Positions 24,207 to 37,700 of a stretch of DNA of 64,000 nucleotides are shown here, piece after piece (positions within the stretch are counted from its first letter, which is position 1; each line of letters opens with the position of its first letter). Position numbers and translations under genes: made by a program. Source of the stretch: Anthoceros angustus (taxonomy: Eukaryota; Plantae; Anthocerotophyta); assembly GCA_010909165.1 (NCBI GenBank), contig MU008172.1:1240001-1304000 (forward strand), read 5' to 3'. A model generated the notes under the pieces. The model saw only the letters and a list, made by a program, of their open reading frames with translations, was not told where the DNA came from and ran no database searches.

Positions 24207-24324
24207 CAGGCAACTGAATGTGTGCGTTGAGTCCGAGCAGACGCAAAGTGAGGTGAGAATCGTCGCGCGCAGCTGAGCTCATTCCCTTGGGAACGGACTC
24301 CTTACTACAACGACACGGATTATG

Positions 24325-27300
24325 TGCGCCCCGCCCGTCGTAAATCGTGCCACAAGGATCTTGGTCCAATCTTGTTGAACTGGACCGACCTCCCTCTCAG
24401 CCGGCGCCTCCTCCTCGATTCTCGCGAGACCGCCTTCTTCTATGGCTGGGCCTCCACCGACCCCCTCCACCATCCGGTCACGGTGGCCTCCACTTCCAGG
24501 TCTTCGCCGTTCAGAGACGCGCCGTCCATGACGGTTGCCAAGACCAGTGTCTCCTCTGACCGCGCGGGAGGCACCAGAAATCCTGCGCGGGCATCTCCCG
24601 TCCGCTATGATCGCCACACCGCAGCCCTGGATCGGGCTCGGACTCCACCGTCAGACCTCGTGTCCCGAGTGTTCCGGCCTGACCTTCCACCTCCTGGCCC
24701 TCTTGGCCGCTTAACTCCTTCTCCGCTCACCGCTTGGGGCTCTGAGGTGGCGAGGGGGTCTCGAACTCGCCTCACTCTCTACCGCCTGGGATGGGACCTG
24801 TGGTGCGTGGCCATGGCCTCGCCTCATGATCTCGCCTCGCCTGCGGATGCCTTCCGCCTCCGCCACCAGAGGTGGGTAGGGGAACTGGCCCCGGGCGCTC
24901 TGTGGAAGCCGCTCTTCCCGCCTCTTGGTCACCTCCTTCTGGGCGAGGGCCCGGGGCCTGACCATGTGGGTGGCCGACACGGGCGCCACCGATCACGGCC
25001 CCTCTTCCCGGTGCACCCGCCGGCATGCGACGAGTGCAAAGTGCCTCACCGAGACACCGCTTGATCTTCTCGCCCGTCCCAAGTTTGTACAGATGCTTCC
25101 CGCAGTAATAGGGTGCGGCCTTATGGAGAAACCACCCGCCTCGGACAAACCATCCGCATGATTCCATGCTCCAGTGAACTCATGTACTTCACCGTCCAAC
25201 AAATATCTGCATGAACGCCCTCACGCCCAATCTCCTCCTTCCAGCGCACTATGTCCCTCCTCCTAGGACATCCGGCTAGTAGCTCCGCATGGCGGTATCC
25301 ATCTGGCGGCCAACTTCTTTCCCTCGCCGCCCATGCCGCACGCTCGATCCGTAGGACGCCTGCATTTGCCCTTCCTTCATTAACGGTCGATTTCGTCTGG
25401 CCCCCGCCGCCCAGCCTCGCCTAGGACCAACTCTCCCCATGGCGACCTCTTCGCCTTCTTGCACTTCCATGTCCTCCAGGAGTGATCCCAAGAATCATAC
25501 CCTTCTTCCAAGTCTCTTCAAACTTGTCATGAGGTGCGCCCTTCCTTTGCCAACTCGTGGCCTCCACTTGCAGCCCTCCCTGACTGCCTCACCCTTGAGA
25601 AGCATTTCAGCCTCCTCCTCGCCATGTCGGCGCCTCTTATCCTCTCTAGGATTTCCAGATTGTTCTGTAGCTTTTCCTACAACGCCCTTCTTGCTCATTT
25701 GGCCTTCTCGCTATGGACAAGACTTCACATCAATTCTAGGCTGTTCATAACATGCTCTCGCTCCTCCTTCGACCCGTCAGCCGGGCAACCAACCGCCGTG
25801 AAATTCCACATCCGTGGCTCAAATCGCCTCCAAGTAGAAATAAATCGATTCCGTCGCCTCGGCCTAGTTTCTACGCCATAATCAAAACCTTGTAAAGAAG
25901 CAGATCCACCGCAATCCTTCCCATGCATCCGGTTTGTTTACAAGGTACTTCAACGCAAAATGGTCAACATGGAACGTCACCTTGCAAGCGATAATGTCTA
26001 AAGTTCTTACAGAGTAAATGATACCAAGTCCCTCCCGCCTCCGGTGGTTGAGTAGTTCTTTTCAAAGATCCGTGAGTCGTCACCTCGCATAGAAAATTGA
26101 TGATCCTGCTTTTCCTCATCTTCCGGTTTAGGATACCTCTAATGGCATAAGCGGACATCTACATAGAGCTGAAACGTTTCCTCCTAACTGCCACTAAAGT
26201 CGCTAAGTCAATAACTGTCAAAAGCTCTGCATTGGTCCATCTCGAAAGGTATCCTTCTTGGTCAATTGGGCAATCAATACGCTACAAACCTTGATGAACC
26301 TCCTGTGAATACCCTACGAGTCCTCGCGACCGCCTCACCGCTTAGGTGCGCCCATCTCACGGCTACTTTATCCTTATCTACCGCAACTTCATCGAACCTG
26401 TGCCAACAAAATACCTTCACATACTAAAATAATATTTCGGATGAAGCTCATGTTTGACTCTCGCACTTCAAAACATTGCCTCAAATGGTCTAGATGCGTC
26501 TCTCCCAAACACGTTAAATCATCCAGAATACCTCCATGAACTTTCTCGTAGTCTGAAATATCGGCTCATCCATCACTGGAAAGTGTGGGCATCGCACAAC
26601 CCGAAAGGAGCTTCGGTCAAGCTTTAAGTTCCCAACTGTCCGTGGAATGTTGTCTTGTCCGATCCTCCTTCCGCAAATAAATTTGATTGTACCTGCACAC
26701 CTCTGGCCCAAGAAACTGTGACATCTCATGTCCAACCATCGTGTCCAAAGATAATCATTCCATGAAAGGTAAAGGGTGATGATCCTTCTTCGCTTTCATT
26801 GAGCTTTCCAAATCTTGGCATACCCAACCTTTCCTCGCCGCTTTGGTACATATTTACGTGACCCACTCACCGGTGAGCACCGGATAAATTACCCCACCTC
26901 CAAATATTGGTCAGCTGATCCTTAATAACCATGGAATACTTGGGATTCAAATGCCAGCATTGGATCCTCACCGTGAAAGCCGCCTCCTTCAAATAACCAA
27001 GGCTCCTACCTATCAAAACCTTATAGCCTAAATCCGAAACCAGATCACAATGTAGGTAAGATGGAAGGTGAGACCCCAATCACAGTTGGTACATTCAAGA
27101 CCCCAATGGCTTCCTCTGTCCGGCCATCCGTAGAATACGGGCCGGGTGAAACTCGAACCCAAGTTGATGAGCCTCCGTCATCAAGTTGACTCGATCCGAA
27201 TCTAATGGCACGCTGGGCACCAAACACCCCGCAATCTCAACCTCAATCTCGGTGCCCCTAAATCAACGAGTTCGACCACATTTACCTCCACGCTTTCACT

Positions 27301-29977
27301 CCTACGCTTGTGGATTCCATCGCCTCCTTCACAATTTTGGGATCTTGACTCACCGCAAGCAATCGCCCGATCGACCACAAATTGTCAAGTAATGCGTCAA
27401 ACCGAGATCTTATCCGACAAAGTTTCCTCCCGCTTGCAGCTGGTCGATTCGACCTTATTGGTAAAGTTCGATTCCATGCCTCCTTTTGGGATCCCATATG
27501 GATCCTCAATTCCGGCTCCGATTCCACCTTCCCGTCGGGTGAGCTGTTAATTCATCTTCCAAAGATTGCCGCTACTTCTCGCTAATGTCGGAGGAAACGC
27601 GTCTGCTCCTCCCCTCCTTCTTCTTTCGCCCCTACCGAGGTAGTCACGGTCTACCTCAGAGGTGCCGCATCACCGGGTAGTCCGCCACTCCTGGGTCCGC
27701 TCTTTCCTCCGCTCAACACGCGCCTCCGGAGGCTGGTGAGTCATCCTCACCTTCCTCCGCTTCCTCGTGCGCACGCCGCTTTTCCGCATTCGCCCTTTCT
27801 CGCCCCGATCCGTGGTCACCGCCACCATCAACCTTCATCCGCGCATCTTCTTCATACCCTCCACAATTCGATCACATCGAGTCGTCGAGGAATCGAACTC
27901 GCCCACCTTCAACACCGGGTTATCAGAATCGCGTCTCGGATTGGGTCTTCTCTTCCACAGTGTGCCCGAACTCGACCCCGGTCATGCCACTGGCCACCCT
28001 GCACCGGGATCCCCATTTTATGTCCCAATTCCTTACATACGCAAAAGGGCACATAACCCACTTGCTTCCGTGGTTCGCATTCGCTTGAGTAGTGACCGGG
28101 CTCCGCAATTATAACAAGATCCCCGTGGAATCGCCATTGGCCTCGATGGATCCGGTCTCCATTGTCCCGCGATGTGGACGTGATCCATACCTTGAGGGAA
28201 CCGTGTAGGTAAGTCGCCTCATTGATTGAGGTGGCCGACTTCCAAAGGACCGCTGCACCGTACGCCCGCCCACATACCATCCTCGGCATGACGGTTTCCA
28301 CATGATTTACGATGTCGTGGTGCGAATACATTTGGTGGTGTCCTTTGATGACAGATTGAGCAATACACCAATCTGGTGAAGGAGATCTTCGTGGAGCTTG
28401 ATTCTTCACGCCTTGACCTCTAACTCGGTCAACCTCTTGGTCAAAGCCTCCACTTGTCCAAAGAATCCTCCTCCCGCCGCAGACGTTTCTCCTTCTCCAT
28501 CCGACGGACCGCTTCCCTTTCTCCTTCTCCAATGCCCGCCTCCTCTGCCTTTTGACCTTCTCGTGTCCTTCTCATTCGCTGCTCGTAGGCCTTCCGATTC
28601 CTTCATCCGATGTGGAGCTTCCCGAGTTCTCACTTTCTCGATGAGGATGAGGGCGACGAGAGGAGGAGGAAGACGAGGAGCTAGATCTCCTCGATCCTTT
28701 CCTCTTATGACTTCTTCTTCCTCCTCCCCAACTCGGACTCCCATTCCTCAAAGCGAGGGCTCCAACGCCTCTTGTTCCACGCGCAGTTGTACCTCCATTT
28801 TTCATGATAGCCACTCACAAACCAATCCAACGCTTGTCTTGTGAGTACCGAGGTGGGTGGATCTCCGGCCTCTCGGGTGCACGAACTCGATCCAGATATC
28901 CATAAAACCTCTCCACATAATCGAACAAAGACTCGCTTTCTTCCCACGGAGGGTTCTCAACTCGCCAAGGTGGTGTGCGAATGAGCCCTCGAACCGATTC
29001 AAGAAGGCCTTAAGAGCTTCCCAATCTGGGCGCCACGAATTATATGCGACTACCACCAAGCAGCATGCCCTCTCGCAGTCCCGGAAAGATGCGCACGATC
29101 GGCGACTCCATCCTCCAAATTGCGTGGAGACGTGAAAGTTCTTACAAACGCCTCCATCTCCTTCTTCTTCTCGCCGAATTTGACGACACATGGCGTGAAG
29201 CTCCTCCTCCACCAACTCCACTCATGTTGCTCGTTCGGAGCGTCCACGCTGCCCCAACACTTCTTCTTCCTTCGGGATAACAGGAAACAGATCGGGATCC
29301 TTGAGCACGGAAATCTTCTACCAACAAGGGAGTAGCGACCTCCCCTCTGGTCCGTCCCAACAGATCAATCTGATCAGAGATTCGATCAAGTCGTTCCGCC
29401 AAATCCTCCGACCAAGCTCCCCCCGCCACTCGACCTCGTCACACCGCCGCCTGGAAGTTGGGGTGGTATCACCGCTTGAGATAAAACGCGGGAGTTCGCG
29501 GCGAAGGCGTCGCTCGGAGAAGTGCGCCTTCCTCACCGGACACCAATTCTTCCACGACCTCCTTCCTCGCCGGTGATCTCCGCCTCTTCCTCCTCCACCT
29601 CCGTCGCTCCACCTCTGCCTTCTCGGAGCCATACTTCCTCCGTCCGCGTGACCCGGCCTCCTCCGCTGCCCGAGTGCGACAGCGCCTTCCCTTAGCCGAT
29701 TCCTCGAAGCTCAGAATCTTGCAGGATGGTGGTGACCTCTGTGGTATCTCTCCGAGATCGACCCCTACCGACATCCGCAACATCCTCATGTCCTCCAACC
29801 CACAGTGTTAAGAAAGCAAATCACACCCTTTAGTGTCTCAACCATTCACCCCTATGACAACTTAGGCGTGAAATCTTCTTCTCACCCTATGGTCGACCCT
29901 CTCCCTTTGAAAACATTCTGCAGAAGCGATGGAAACCACAAAACTTCAAACTTTCAACAACAAGTCTAACGCCAAAA
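24325..29977 (-). mobile_element. Ty3/gypsy family C internal region (PBS, gag, PR, RT, RH, partial INT), heavily frameshifted, 3' truncated
   Basis: PBS TTTTGGCGTTAG directly follows the LTR end at 29978. Gag DWEALKAFLNRFEGSFAHH (~29000), zinc-knuckle remnants (~28000-28110), DSG-type protease (~27190), RT DDHPLPFME / MEVFWMI / ELHPKYYF, RH YAIRGIL, and INT FLHKAAPYY...LYKLG. Confidence 0.9.
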
Positions 29978-30757
29978 TGTGGTAGGGAAAACCCGGGGCA
30001 CTGAGGTCCTCCCACTATAGCGCCACACTTATCCCAATCGCCGCTTGCTGGGTTTCGTCCCATGAGACTTGTGAAAGTTCGAGGTTGTGTCACCGATCGC
30101 CACCGCAGAGACACAACTTCTCACCTTCTAAACAAGCAAGGCCTCTACTCCCTACAGTAACGCTTGCACCTCCGAAGACCAATCCTCAACCTACAACGAC
30201 AAACACTTGCTGTCCCTCAACAGAGGAGCCTATCACGGGCGCCAGGGACCCCCCCGATCCACACCGCGATTCGTCCCTACTTCTAAGACCACTCTTCCAC
30301 CTGTGAGCGCTCTTTACTTGTGATTTGGGATTCGTCCCTTAGGCTCGCTGTGGCCTTCCACTAACACCTACACCTCTAATCCTCTACTCATCTTCTCATC
30401 TCTCATCCTCTTCCTATTCTAACCTCTCGGTTGACTCGCTCACGCACAACCGCCTGGGTCGGCCTCCACCAAAGAAGTTCTTCCTTGGGCCGGTTGCTAT
30501 GAGTTTGACACCAGCGAGAACCTGTGAGTCTTTCCTGTAGTCTACCCTCAAGCCGAGAGTTCCCCGGCATTTGCCACACACCCAAAGCAAAGCAATTTCA
30601 CAACAACCATTCACAAGGGAGCAACTCGCTTAGGCACTTGCAAGGAGCAAGTCCTCCACCAAGCACTCCGACCACCGCGACTTCTTCTACTGACGTTGGC
30701 TCACAAGACTAAATTCCTCCTCAGAATGGCAAAGGACTCGATGAGGGTGGAAGCGCA

Positions 30758-30999
30758 TGATAAAATAGGTTCTAGATTAGGCATTATTCATTAGGGCCTC
30801 ATAACTTAAACATTATTATTACCTAGGGTTATTTAGGTAGTTAGTTATATTAGTTATATTGGTTACAACAACTTACGGTTGTAACTACTTATGGTTGTAA
30901 CCACCCAACTACCCAGCCTATTTAAAGGCTTGTACTTTACTCATTAATCACTTACATTGTTTCTTCTTCTTCTAATCTAAGAGCTACAGATTCTCATCA
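30758..30999 (+). repeat. copia-2 5' LTR (242 bp)
   Basis: TGATAAAATAGG...TTCTCATCA, a direct repeat of 41834-42091. Confidence 0.95.
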
Positions 31000-31011
31000 T
31001 GGTATCAGAGC
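31000..31011 (+). promoter_or_regulatory. Primer-binding site complementary to the tRNA-iMet 3' end
   Basis: TGGTATCAGAGC immediately after the LTR-terminal CA. Confidence 0.95.
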
Positions 31012-31186
31012 ATCGTTGCTCTCTTGCGCATGCTTATGTTTCTTATATATGAGGAGATTATTTACAAGGCACTCTTAAATCTAGCATTCGTCTAGATGGA
31101 GTGCTATTGTTCTACATTCTCTATTTCACCAATTCTTCATCTCTTCCTTTAACATGCTTATATGTTTCAATCTTCTATAATTTCTC

Positions 31187-31720
31187 CATGGACTTCAATT
31201 CTATTAGAAGGAGAAAACAGAAGGTTAAAAGGAAAGAGAATCTCATTAGCAACAAGCTATTGAGAGTGAAATAGAACAAATCTCTTCATCTATAGCAAAT
31301 TTTCATTGCATCAATTTTATTTCCAAAACCGGATCAAGGGAAGCTTATCAAGTTATCAAGATGTCATTTACTTGAATACTTCAGCCCTATTCATATTAAA
31401 GCTTTGGAATTGGCCCTTAACCATATTCCAAATTTAATAATTGGATTAAGTTCTTCCGTACTCGTTTTGACAAATAAAATAAATTCAAACTCCATCTCTT
31501 CATGATTTTTATAATCAATTTTCATCTCTTAAAATTGGTCTCTAATCTTCAAACTGAATTATTTGATTTGAAATCAAAATTTTCTTTGCTTTAATACTAA
31601 TCAAGGATTAGAGAGTATGTCATCATCTCCGAAAGCAGTAGCGATGGATGAATTCTATATGTGCAATAAAATTGAGCATAAGCCCATCAGACTTTGTCCT
31701 TTAAGGACGATTAGCTATGA
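31187..31720 (+). pseudogene. copia-2 extra ORF upstream of gag (frameshifted homolog of 7702-8301)
   Basis: MDFNSIRRRKQKVK...FHCINFIS...RCHLLEYFSPIHIKALELAL aligns by eye with MDF...RRRKVK...HVCNLIS...RRTLLSTFSPYQIGSIESAI. Confidence 0.6.
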
Positions 31721-34700
31721 GTGATTGAAGAAGAATTTGAAGCTACCCAAAACTCGCCTATGGGTAATGATAATGTCCATCCTCCCACACATTATCATTT
31801 TGGTGATGGTTTCAAAGAGAAAGATAGATTCAACGGAAAGATTATGATATTTGGGCATTACGATGCGAGGAGCATTGAGACAAAGAGCATTATGGGGTAT
31901 TGTTGATGGATCCATAACGACCGAGGTCCGATGATGAGCGAACTTGATTTCGGGACGCCAGGATGAGAAGGCACAAGATTTATTAATAAGTGGACTCTCT
32001 CAACAAATGGTCGGGGCATGTTGCACACGCAAAAACATCTCATGAAATGTGGTCTCACCTTACTCAATTATATTCATCACAAGATGTAATGAGCATTGTG
32101 GCAGCTTCTCGTAACTTTCGTAATTTATTTATGAAAGAATCCGATACTATCGAACATCATATTAATGCTTTTAGACAAGCACGTTCCCAAGTTGAATCTG
32201 CAACTGGTGTACCTATATCTGAGATGGAAGCTTACGTCACCCTTCTATCTTCATTGCCTCCCTCCTATCGTCCATTCATTACTACTCAAAACGCAGTTAT
32301 TCGCAATTCACGGAGAACTGCAAATGATGGCACAAAGGGGTTTGACATAAGTGTTTCTGAACTGATCGGAGCACTTCTCCAGGAGGAGGCAAGTAGGCGC
32401 CATTCTCACTCCAGGCCTAATAAACAACAAGTAATGTACTTGCAGAGGGGTAGAGGAAGAGGACGAGGCAGAGGCCGAGGTTACTCTTCCCAACGCCCTC
32501 CATATTCTTCGCCAAGTACGAACATTGGAGAAAGCTCTTCATCGACACCTTCAAAGGGTAAGAAGAAGAGCGGCATTATATGCAATTGGTGTAGGATCCC
32601 TAACCATATGGAAAAGGATTGTCACAAAGAATGGTGAACCTCTTGAGGCTTCACATGGAGTTAATGTAGCATCTAAAAAGCAAACTTCATCAACTCCAAT
32701 AAAGGTTTCACCGATGTTGGCATCATCCAAGCCTGCTACCTCCCCGGTATTTAGACAAAGGAGCAACATGGGAGGAAACCCCTGGCTTCCGAGATTCACC
32801 TCTAGTGGCCACACTTATCCCACTGTCTAAGTACAATAGGTTTCGTCCCATGAGACTCTTGTTTGTCGTGTCACCAACATCCAAGGCACAAACCACACGC
32901 CTCTTCACACCCCCAAGCTCCCTCACACACCGGAGCAACTTCAACTCACTCCATGCAGCAGCCCACGCCTCACCATGCCGCCTCCACAATCACCGCTTCT
33001 AGACCTACAACGACACCCTACGACTATAGGTCCACACCCCACGGCAAGAGGGTCACACGCACGAGGGACCCCCACGCTGCAACGCGACTTCACCACCCCG
33101 TGATCGCCCACTATTCCTTTCCCATCGCCTTCCCACAATTGGCACACCTCAACCACCAACTCGACACCACGCCACTCCCGTGACCGCCCGGCCGAATCAC
33201 CACTCCTGGACCTACAACGACATCCCATGCCGAGGGTCCCACTATGGCGGTAGGTCCACCGCTCACGCACAGGGACCTCACAACAGAAGGCCGACTTCTC
33301 CACCCCGTGATTTTGAGACCTTAGCCCAGCCACCCCCTGGGTTGTGCATTTGGGACCCTCCCTTAGGCTCGACTTGGGCCTTCTTCTTACTCCTAATCTC
33401 TACCTACTCCTCTACTCAACATTCACCCACATTCTCCTCAACACTCACCTCAACTCAACTCCTCATCCTCCTAATCTAACCTTACTTCAAGCTCACTGCC
33501 CTAGCTCGCCTTACGGCACAACCGCCTGGGTCCGCCAAGCCAACAAGTTCTTCCTGTGTTGCTATGAGTTTGCACCCGAGAACCTCCTGTGGAGTCTTTC
33601 CCCGTAGTCTACCCTCAAGCCGAGAGTTCCTTGGGCATCGCCACACCCAAAGCAAAGCAATTTCAAAGAACCATTCACAAGGGGAGCAACAGAGGCGCAA
33701 GGAGCGAGCCTCCGCCAAGCACTCCGACCGCCGCAAACTCCCTCTCTACCAACGCTAGCTTGCACGACGAACTTCCTTCACAAGGAGCAAAGGACTCATG
33801 AGGTAGGGAGCGCAAGACACGATAATTTTACTTCACAAGCTCCTCCTTTTATAGGGAGGTCCTCACACAGCCTCTCGGCGCGCCCTCTGCACCGCCTCAC
33901 TCTTATTTTAGTGTATCCTTGCGATTTTAAGTTCGACATCCAAGCATCTTGGGTAAAATTCTATTCTAGCAAACTTCACCTATGTGAGCCTTAATGGCTC
34001 TCCAACATTCCTATCTAGCTAGTCAACACACCTCATCGGGTTGACAAGCATTAATGCCTCCTCCTAAAGAAAGTCTCCCCAAGCAATGAGCCACACTCCA
34101 AGCTACCACCAACCCCTTCAATTGCCTCTAGATCCCGACCGCCCGGTGATCCTACGGATGTAGGGCCACCCTCTACACCTCCTACGAGGGTCAACCTCTT
34201 ATGGCCCTACCGCCTCCACACTCCACCGCAAGAAGGTCTCCCGTGAGCGGATCTTGCTCCATGCCTTCCTCTTCCTCCTCCGAGTCATCCTCACGGCCTT
34301 CCATATACCGGATGTGTTGGGCTGTCCCATATGAATGCCAGTGCCTAGCAGCACCTTTCAAGCTCTTCGGCTCCCTAGCAACCAACTTGCCCTTCTTAGG
34401 TGCGCGCTTTCACCATCTTGTACCTTCAAAATAATCGCACAAACAAGACAAGCTTGGGCACGCCCACATGCTCGCTTTCCACCTAGTTGTCACCTCCTAC
34501 ACACAATTTAGATTTCTTCACTCACATAAAATCCACCAAGAGAGCAACTTCAGCCCTTTTCCACTTACTTCCTCTTCACTCCACAGTCCCACCTAGCTCA
34601 AACTTGATGTCCTCACACATACACTCCTTATGCGCCCAAATCCTCACTTGCAAGGTCCTAGGCACAAAAATTCAGCGCCTTGCTCTTCACAGCCAGTGCT

Positions 34701-37700
34701 TCAAATCTTCACACACAACTCCTTATGCACGCACACCTCCTTCTCCTGCACACACGGCACCTGCTTCCCACCAAGTCCTTGCTCTAGCTTTCCTGCAGCA
34801 TGCACAAGCTCTTCCTGCAATTCCTCGCAGCTTCCTAGGTGCCACTCCCTACACACCCCGCTTGCATGGCCACACCCTACACTACCTACCCCACATATTT
34901 ATGTGCTATTATTCCTAATATATCCTATTTATCCACAACCTTGCCTATGCCTTTTAGCAACTTCTAGGTTTGTACTTTATCCGGAAAGCTTGCATCCAAA
35001 AGCTTTCCAAGTATCCAAGTAGGGTGTCGACCCCACTCACGCCCACGAGGGAGACCTCACCACTCCTACTGAGGGAGACACTCATCCTACCCATCTACCT
35101 ACCTAACTAATGCCCGAGGAGCCCCCACCACATCCTACCCATGTAGGGCCACCGTCACTTCACCCATACTACCCGTGATCTCTATCCCTACTTGTGTTCC
35201 CTACCTTGCCTACCTTACATCTGGACACGCACCCATCCTCCCACTCCATCCCACCCACATACACAGGGACCCCCTACCCATGTAGGGTCCCCTGTTACCC
35301 TACTACTACTACGACCTGCCTACATGAGGGTGCACCTCTACCTAGGGGAGTGCCACCTCCCACTACCACCTACACCTCTCCATTCTCGAGGGCCACCTCG
35401 CCCTACACTGCCTGTAGGGGTGCACCTCCTCCCTACGTGAGGGAGTGCCATGCCACGCCCACTACCACCTACACCTTCTCCATTCTCGTAGGGGTGCCAT
35501 CGCCCCACACCCCTCCGAGGGGTGCACCTCCTCCTCGAGGGAGTGCCATGCTACGCCCAAGCCATACAGAGGGTGCACCACCCAAACACTCTCTGCTCCG
35601 CATCAAATATAACACCTCACACAAAAGGCCCCCATCTCGATCGATCCGCCCCTAGGACGCTTAACTTGGAGTTCTTACATTCCATTGTCCAACACACCAA
35701 TGGCTACACAACACTCAAGAATAAATGAGTTATTCCCCGTGAACTCCTCACACCTCAACAACATCTCGTATCAACCCTCCTTGCTACCCATTTCTCCTCG
35801 CCACCACAACGGCCTCCCTTCACTTTGACTTGCAGCCCCACCGCAAATTCCGCCATCATGATGCACACCGTGTGATCCTTCACCATGTTGCCCCACCGCA
35901 ACATCGCCTTCCTATGGTTTGGCCACACCTCATCTTGCAGCCCATCTACAAATTCAGCCGTGAGTGCCCTACCATGGCCTTTCCTAGTTCAACACACGGC
36001 CCTATCATGCCATCCTCCCATCGTGACTCCATTAAGAGCACTTCCATGTGCCTCACCGCCATGGCCTCCTCTTGCAACCCTTGTGGCTGCTCACCTCAAC
36101 ATGAGCTCCTCGCCTCCCATCCTTGCACCGATTGCTCCTCTCTCGCATGCCGAGCTCCCAACCTAGAGCCCCGCAGCAGATCCTGACAATTCCACCATTA
36201 CGCACTTGGCCCATCTTCCCGCAGCAACCCTTGCCACACATCTCTACCTAGCGCCCTCCATCGCAAAATCTCAGCAATATGAGCACCGCCCATGTCTCAC
36301 TTCTTCCACACGTGGCAAATTACTTTGCCTTCCCTCAAACTTGGTGGTGGCCCCAATAATCGTGCCTTTGCCTCGAAGCCTATCAACAGCTTGCAAAGAA
36401 CCTCAAGCTACTTCCTTGGCTTAATTGCCTTCACCCTTTTCCCACCGTGGTAGGAGCTACTCCACGCCCAGAGGTCATCAAAACGCTAGCTAGGCCGCCA
36501 CCTCACAGTGGTAGGACATTCTCCCACCCATACCCATGGGGTAGGAGTTCTCCACTTAGCCCCACCGTGGTAGGAGTTTCTCCGGGTAGGATACCTCCAC
36601 CACGTAGGACATCTCCACACATATGTCTCCTACCCTCCTCACTAGAAGGTCATTTCGATCCGCTTTTCCCTAAGTATCCTCTCCGCCTCCCGACAAAGAT
36701 CCTACATCTTCAATCGAACAAAAACATTTCAGATGTTTCCACCAAACCATTTCTATCAAAAGCATTCTTGACCAAAAACAACTCACTTAAACCATGCCCA
36801 AATCCTTTATGCTCCACACAACATCACTATATATGTTAATAACAAAAGTTATTTTCAATCATACTCACCAACCATGTGGCACCAAGTCGTCCTCTTGGGA
36901 GATGATCACAACCTCGCCTATCGAAGGTACGGTTACATTGACCGACATGTGATTCGGACAAGTCCTTCACCTCCACCAAGTACTCCATGTTCCATTAATG
37001 TGCAAGAATTTATTATCATTGCAAGTATTTGTCAAACCCATTCCATGTGTGACCCTTTTACGATAGTTGCTTTCTCTCTCATGTAGGTGATAGCAATCAT
37101 ATTATTTGTAGTGGTACTTTAGAAGATGGCCTTTATAGATTGTCCATCTAGTAGGAGGTCAACAATGCTTATGTCACCGCTCTTCTCCCAAAGTCCCCTC
37201 CATCAATGTTATGGCATTGTCGCCTTGGTCACCCAAATAGTCAAAAACTCACCCGGATGTCTAAGGAAACTTTTACGAAACCCATGTCTTGCAAATGTTG
37301 GGCATTTATCACAGTGCGAAACTTGTGTCCTCACAAAGCGTCACCAAGAGCCTTTTAAAACAAATCTCCACAAAGGGCAAAGAAACCTTTAGAGATAGTG
37401 CATACGACATCCGTGGACCTCTATCTACATCTTCCTTTAGTGGAAGTAGGTATTTTTGACTTTTATAGATGATTTTTCCGTTTGTCTCCTCCTATGTCTT
37501 GCAACACAAGTCCGATGCTTTTCAATTTTTCAAAGATTATATGAAATGGGCGAGAGACTGATTGCAAACGAAAACATTACGCTCGACAATGGAGGTGAAT
37601 TTACATCTAAGATTTGAGGAGTTTTGTCGAGCGTAAGGTATTGCTCAACAACTCACCGTTGTCTATACTCCTCAACAAAATGGGATATAAAATAAAAATC

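Larger units (their letters stand above)
18030..24320 (+). mobile_element. Family B 3' segment (18030-19041 plus 24207-~24320), split by a family C solo LTR
   Basis: Homologous to 16290-17380. The B sequence ...GCGAGTAGTTAG stops at ~19032, and ...GAATGTGTGCGTTGAG...GCAGACGCAAAGTGA resumes at ~24217, as in the uninterrupted copy at 17240-17300. Confidence 0.8.
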
